Shown here: in pieces, positions 57,341 to 64,000 of the stretch
How positions within the stretch are numbered: position 1 is the first letter of the stretch
Layout: each line of letters starts with the position of its first letter
Assembly: GCA_964057225.1 (NCBI GenBank)
Contig: OZ059900.1
Location: 24,490,001-24,554,000 of the forward strand
Length of the DNA: 64,000 nt
Direction of reading: 5' to 3'
Source: Auanema rhodensis
Taxonomy: Eukaryota > Animalia > Nematoda
Position numbers and translations under genes: made by a program
The notes under the pieces: generated by a model
The model's database searches: none
The model's input: the letters and a program-made list of their open reading frames with translations, nothing else
Told to the model about the DNA's origin: nothing

Positions 57341-60300
57341 ATAAAATATTTCTCATGGGAAATACTGTGTTTTTGTATTTTTCTAGTGTTCAGCATGTAA
57401 AATGCTTCATTTTAGTATGTAACACGCTGAAATTCGTTGCATTTGACGACTCATATGAACAAAAATCGATTTAATCAATATTAGCCATAAGGGGCGTGCC
57501 CTCAGAATATGCTAATTTCCTTAATTTTCTAACCCCTGTTTTTTTGTCGTGAAAGTGGGACTAGACGTTGTACGAACAATTTTGAGCTAGGTTTCATTGA
57601 CATTGCATGAGTTTGAACACATGAAATCGTAAGTCAAAACCTTGTTTACAGCGAAATTTCCAAAAACTGGTTTTCCAGCATAATAAAATATTTCTCATGG
57701 AAAATACTGTGTTTTTGTATTTTTCTAGTGTTCAGCATGTAAAATGCTTCATTTTAGTATGTAACACGCTGAAATTCGTTGCATTTGACGACTCATATGA
57801 ACAAAAATCGATTTAATCAATATTAGCCATAAGGGGCGTGTCCTCAGAATATGCTAATTTCCTTAATTTTCTAACCCCTGTTTTTTTGTCGTGAAAGTGG
57901 AACTAGACGTTGTACGAACAATTTTGAGCTAGGTTTCATTGACATTGCATGAGTTTGAACACATGAAATCGTAAGTCAAAACCTTGTTTACAGCGAAATT
58001 TCCAAAAACTGGTTTTCCAGCATAATAAAATATTTCTCATGGGAAATACTGTGTTTTTGTATTTTTCTAGTGTTCAGCATGTAAAATGCTTCATTTTAGT
58101 ATGTAACACGCTGAAATTCGTTGCATTTGACGACTCATATGAACAAAAATCGATTTAATCAATATTAGCCATAAGGGGCGTGCCCTCAGAATATGCTAAT
58201 TTCCTTAATTTTCTAACCCCTGTTTTTTTGTCGTGAAAGTGGAACTAGACGTTGTACGAACAATTTTGAGCTAGGTTTCATTGACATTGCATGAGTTTGA
58301 ACACATGAAATCGTAAGTCAAAACCTTGTTTACAGCGAAATTTCCAAAAACTGGTTTTCCAGCATAATAAAATATTTCTCATGGGAAATACTGTGTTTTT
58401 GTATTTTTCTAGTGTTCAGCATGTAAAATGCTTCATTTTAGTATGTAACACGCTGAAATTCGTTGCATTTGACGACTCATATGAACAAAAATCGATTTAA
58501 TCAATATTAGCCATAAGGGGCGTGCCCTCAGAATATGCTAATTTCCTTAATTTTCTAACCCCTGTTTTTTTGTCGTGAAAGTGGAACTAGACGTTGTACG
58601 AACAATTTTGAGCTAGGTTTCATTGACATTGCATGAGTTTGAACACATGAAATCGTAAGTCAAAACCTTGTTTACAGCGAAATTTCCAAAAACTGGTTTT
58701 CCAGCATAATAAAATATTTCTCATGGGAAATACTGTGTTTTTGTATTTTTCTAGTGTTCAGCATGTAAAATGCTTCATTTTAGTATGTAACACGCTGAAA
58801 TTCGTTGCATTTGACGACTCATATGAACAAAAATCGATTTAATCAATATTAGCCATAAGGGGCGTGCCCTCAGAATATGCTAATTTCCTTAATTTTCTAA
58901 CCCCTGTTTTTTTGTCGTGAAAGTGGAACTAGACGTTGTACGAACAATTTTGAGCTAGGTTTCATTGACATTGCATGAGTTTGAACACATGAAATCGTAA
59001 GTCAAAACCTTGTTTACAGCGAAATTTCCAAAAACTGGTTTTCCAGCATAATAAAATATTTCTCATGGGAAATACTGTGTTTTTGTATTTTTCTAGTGTT
59101 CAGCATGTGAAATGCTTCATTTTAGTATGTAACACGCTGAAATTCGTTGCATTTGACGACTCATATGAACAAAAATCGATTTAATCAATATTAGCCATAA
59201 GGGGCGTGCCCTCAGAATATGCTAATTTCCTTAATTTTCTAACCCCTGTTTTTTTGTCGTGAAAGTGGAACTAGACGTTGTACGAACAATTTTGAGCTAG
59301 GTTTCATTGACATTGCATGAGTTTGAACACATGAAATCGTAAGTCAAAACCTTGTTTACAGCGAAATTTCCAAAAACTGGTTTTCCAGCATAATAAAATA
59401 TTTCTCATGGGAAATACTGTGTTTTTGTATTTTTCTAGTGTTCAGCATGTGAAATGCTTCATTTTAGTATGTAACACGCTGAAATTCGTTGCATTTGACG
59501 ACTCATATGAACAAAAATCGATTTAATCAATATTAGCCATAAGGGGCGTGCCCTCAGAATATGCTAATTTCCTTAATTTTCTAACCCCTGTTTTTTTGTC
59601 GTGAAAGTGGAACTAGACGTTGTACGAACAATTTTGAGCTAGGTTTCATTGACATTGCATGAGTTTGAACACATGAAATCGTAAGTCAAAACCTTGTTTA
59701 CAGCGAAATTTCCAAAAACTGGTTTTCCAGCATAATAAAATATTTCTCATGGGAAATACTGTGTTTTTGTATTTTTCTAGTGTTCAGCATGTGAAATGCT
59801 TCATTTTAGTATGTAACACGCTGAAATTCGTTGCATTTGACGACTCATATGAACAAAAATCGATTTAATCAATATTAGCCATAAGGGGCGTGCCCTCAGA
59901 ATATGCTAATTTCCTTAATTTTCTAACCCCTGTTTTTTTGTCGTGAAAGTGGAACTAGACGTTGTACGAACAATTTTGAGCTAGGTTTCATTGACATTGC
60001 ATGAGTTTGAACACATGAAATCGTAAGTCAAAACCTTGTTTACAGCGAAATTTCCAAAAACTGGTTTTCCAGCATAATAACATATTTCTCATGGGAAATA
60101 CTGTGTTTTTGTATTTTTCTAGTGTTCAGCATGTAAAATGCTTCATTTTAGTATGTAACACGCTGAAATTCGTTGCATTTGACGACTCATATGAACAAAA
60201 ATCGATTTAATCAATATTAGCCATAAGGGGCGTGCCCTCAGAATATGCTAATTTCCTTAATTTTCTAACCCCTGTTTTTTTGTCGTGAAAGTGGGACTAG

Positions 60301-63300
60301 ACGTTGTACGAACAATTTTGAGCTAGGTTTCATTGACATTGCATGAGTTTGAACACATGAAATCGTAAGTCAAAACCTTGTTTACAGCGAAATTTCCAAA
60401 AACTGGTTTTCCAGCATAATAAAATATTTCTCATGGAAAATACTGTGTTTTTGTATTTTTCTAGTGTTCAGCATGTAAAATGCTTCATTTTAGTATGTAA
60501 CACGCTGAAATTCGTTGCATTTGACGACTCATATGAACAAAAATCGATTTAATCAATATTAGCCATAAGGGGCGTGCCCTCAGAATATGCTAATTCCCTT
60601 AATTTTCTAACCCCTGTTTTTTTGTCGTGAAAGTGGAACTAGACGTTGTACGAACAATTTTGAGCTAGGTTTCATTGACATTGCATGAGTTTGAACACAT
60701 GAAATCGTAAGTCAAAACCTTGTTTACAGCGAAATTTCCAAAAACTGGTTTTCCAGCATAATAAAATATTTCTCATGGGAAATACTGTGTTTTTGTATTT
60801 TTCTAGTGTTCAGCATGTAAAATGCTTCATTTTAGTATGTAACACGCTGAAATTCGTTGCATTTGACGACTCATATGAACAAAAATCGATTTAATCAATA
60901 TTAGCCATAAGGGGCGTGCCCTCAGAATATGCTAATTCCCTTAATTTTCTAACCCCTGTTTTTTTGTCGTGAAAGTGGAACTAGACGTTGTACGAACAAT
61001 TTTGAGCTAGGTTTCATTGACATTGCATGAGTTTGAACACATGAAATCGTAAGTCAAAACCTTGTTTACAGCGAAATTTCCAAAAACTGGTTTTCCAGCA
61101 TAATAAAATATTTCTCATGGGAAATACTGTGTTTTTGTATTTTTCTAGTGTTCAGCATGTAAAATGCTTCATTTTAGTATGTAACACGCTGAAATTCGTT
61201 GCATTTGACGACTCATATGAACAAAAATCGATTTAATCAATATTAGCCATAAGGGGCGTGCCCTCAGAATATGCTAATTTCCTTAATTTTCTAACCCCTG
61301 TTTTTTTGTCGTGAAAGTGGAACTAGACGTTGTACGAACAATTTTGAGCTAGGTTTCATTGACATTGCATGAGTTTGAACACATGAAATCGTAAGTCAAA
61401 ACCTTGTTTACAGCGAAATTTCCAAAAACTGGTTTTCCAGCATAATAAAATATTTCTCATGGGAAATACTGTGTTTTTGTATTTTTCTAGTTTTCAGCAT
61501 GTAAAATGCTTCATTTTAGTATGTAACACGCTGAAATTCGTTGCATTTGACGACTCATATGAACAAAAATCGATTTAATCAATATTAGCCATAAGGGGCG
61601 TGCCCTCAGAATATGCTAATTTCCTTAATTTTCTAACCCCTGTTTTTTTGTCGTGAAAGTGGAACTAGACGTTGTACGAACAATTTTGAGCTAGGTTTCA
61701 TTGACATTGCATGAGTTTGAACACATGAAATCGTAAGTCAAAACCTTGTTTACAGCGAAATTTCCAAAAACTGGTTTTCCAGCATAATAAAATATTTCTC
61801 ATGGGAAATACTGTGTTTTTGTATTTTTCTAGTGTTCAGCATGTAAAATGCTTCATTTTAGTATGTAACACGCTGAAATTCGTTGCATTTGACGACTCAT
61901 ATGAACAAAAATCGATTTAATCAATATTAGCCATAAGGGGCGTGCCCTCAGAATATGCTAATTTCCTTAATTTTCTAACCCCTGTTTTTTTGTCGTGAAA
62001 GTGGGACTAGACGTTGTACGAACAATTTTGAGCTAGGTTTCATTGACATTGCATGAGTTTGAACACATGAAATCGTAAGTCAAAACCTTGTTTACAGCGA
62101 AATTTCCAAAAACTGGTTTTCCAGCATAATAAAATATTTCTCATGGAAAATACTGTGTTTTTGTATTTTTCTAGTGTTCAGCATGTAAAATGCTTCATTT
62201 TAGTATGTAACACGCTGAAATTCGTTGCATTTGACGACTCATATGAACAAAAATCGATTTAATCAATATTAGCCATAAGGGGCGTGCCCTCAGAATATGC
62301 TAATTTCCTTAATTTTCTAACCCCTGTTTTTTTGTCGTGAAAGTGGAACTAGACGTTGTACGAACAATTTTGAGCTAGGTTTCATTGACATTGCATGAGT
62401 TTGAACACATGAAATCGTAAGTCAAAACCTTGTTTACAGCGAAATTTCCAAAAACTGGTTTTCCAGCATAATAAAATATTTCTCATGGGAAATACTGTGT
62501 TTTTGTATTTTTCTAGTGTTCAGCATGTAAAATGCTTCATTTTAGTATGTAACACGCTGAAATTCGTTGCATTTGACGACTCATATGAACAAAAATCGAT
62601 TTAATCAATATTAGCCATAAGGGGCGTGCCCTCAGAATATGCTAATTTCCTTAATTTTCTAACCCCTGTTTTTTTGTCGTGAAAGTGGAACTAGACGTTG
62701 TACGAACAATTTTGAGCTAGGTTTCATTGACATTGCATGAGTTTGAACACATGAAATCGTAAGTCAAAACCTTGTTTACAGCGAAATTTCCAAAAACTGG
62801 TTTTCCAGCATAATAAAATATTTCTCATGGGAAATACTGTGTTTTTGTATTTTTCTAGTGTTCAGCATGTAAAATGCTTCATTTTAGTATGTAACACGCT
62901 GAAATTCGTTGCATTTGACGACTCATATGAACAAAAATCGATTTAATCAATATTAGCCATAAGGGGCGTGCCCTCAGAATATGCTAATTTCCTTAATTTT
63001 CTAACCCCTGTTTTTTTGTCGTGAAAGTGGAACTAGACGTTGTACGAACAATTTTGAGCTAGGTTTCATTGACATTGCATGAGTTTGAACACATGAAATC
63101 GTAAGTCAAAACCTTGTTTACAGCGAAATTTCCAAAAACTGGTTTTCCAGCATAATAAAATATTTCTCATGGGAAATACTGTGTTTTTGTATTTTTCTAG
63201 TGTTCAGCATGTGAAATGCTTCATTTTAGTATGTAACACGCTGAAATTCGTTGCATTTGACGACTCATATGAACAAAAATCGATTTAATCAATATTAGCC

Positions 63301-64000
63301 ATAAGGGGCGTGCCCTCAGAATATGCTAATTTCCTTAATTTTCTAACCCCTGTTTTTTTGTCGTGAAAGTGGAACTAGACGTTGTACGAACAATTTTGAG
63401 CTAGGTTTCATTGACATTGCATGAGTTTGAACACATGAAATCGTAAGTCAAAACCTTGTTTACAGCGAAATTTCCAAAAACTGGTTTTCCAGCATAATAA
63501 AATATTTCTCATGGGAAATACTGTGTTTTTGTATTTTTCTAGTGTTCAGCATGTGAAATGCTTCATTTTAGTATGTAACACGCTGAAATTCGTTGCATTT
63601 GACGACTCATATGAACAAAAATCGATTTAATCAATATTAGCCATAAGGGGCGTGCCCTCAGAATATGCTAATTTCCTTAATTTTCTAACCCCTGTTTTTT
63701 TGTCGTGAAAGTGGAACTAGACGTTGTACGAACAATTTTGAGCTAGGTTTCATTGACATTGCATGAGTTTGAACACATGAAATCGTAAGTCAAAACCTTG
63801 TTTACAGCGAAATTTCCAAAAACTGGTTTTCCAGCATAATAAAATATTTCTCATGGGAAATACTGTGTTTTTGTATTTTTCTAGTGTTCAGCATGTAAAA
63901 TGCTTCATTTTAGTATGTAACACGCTGAAATTCGTTGCATTTGACGACTCATATGAACAAAAATCGATTTAATCAATATTAGCCATAAGGGGCGTGCCCT
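52585..64000 (-). repeat. Same 342-bp satellite in reverse-complement orientation (310-bp partial, 32 full monomers, 162-bp partial)
   Basis: CTGGTTTTCCAGCATA (reverse complement of the monomer start) ends at 52894, 53236 ... 63838. The period is exactly 342 bp with no length variants seen. Confidence 0.99.

Larger units (their letters stand above)
41269..64000. repeat. Giant imperfect inverted repeat: arms 41269-52584 and 52685-64000, 100-bp spacer at 52585-52684
   Basis: Position 52584 (m210, + strand) mirrors 52685 (m210, - strand). No length variants were seen in either arm over this span, so the register holds to the window end. Confidence 0.93.

Noticed and set aside
1-64000. Giant repeat-protein ORF (342 and 345 bp are both multiples of 3)
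   Set aside because: All six frames stop within each monomer: TAG m94, TAA m160, TGA m274 (frame 1); TAA m35 (frame 2); TGA m87 (frame 3); reverse-strand stops at TCA m67, TCA m59 and TTA m51. The ACCCAG allele removes only one stop.
1-64000. CRISPR array or other repeat-spacer system
   Set aside because: There are no unique spacers; the entire 342 bp is repeated, and no cas or other genes are present.
52585-64000. Inversion as a sequencing fold-back or missed-adapter chimera
   Set aside because: A read-level fold-back would give mirror-identical SNVs and often adapter remnants. The arms have distinct variants and higher-order patterns, and the junction has no foreign bases. An assembly misjoin still needs read-level exclusion.

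Overview
The whole 64 kb window is one AT-rich (~34% GC by hand count) eukaryotic tandem satellite DNA array with a 342-bp monomer and about 187 copies, each differing from the consensus at only about 0-6 sites. I found no genes, RNA genes, transposons or CRISPR arrays; all six reading frames of the monomer contain stops. The main structural event is an orientation switch at 52,584/52,585. The array runs forward from 1 to 52,584 (153 monomers plus 210 bp) and is reverse-complemented from 52,585 to 64,000 (310 bp, 32 monomers, 162 bp). This makes a giant inverted repeat with arms of at least 11.3 kb, a 100-bp spacer and 2 bp (4/5 imperfect) of microhomology. Diagnostic variants show a nested duplication history: a recent 10,962-bp (32-monomer) tandem duplication, three different 7-monomer higher-order repeats, a 9-monomer repeat apparently cut by the inversion, and stepwise loss of variants toward the junction. 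The two arms carry mostly different variants, so the junction is not a simple read fold-back. The monomer is rich in short dyad symmetries, has a CENP-B-box-like 17-mer and weak traces of an ancestral ~171-bp dimer, consistent with (peri)centromeric satellite. The organism cannot be identified from the sequence alone. Monomer positions (m1-m342) are numbered from window position 1.
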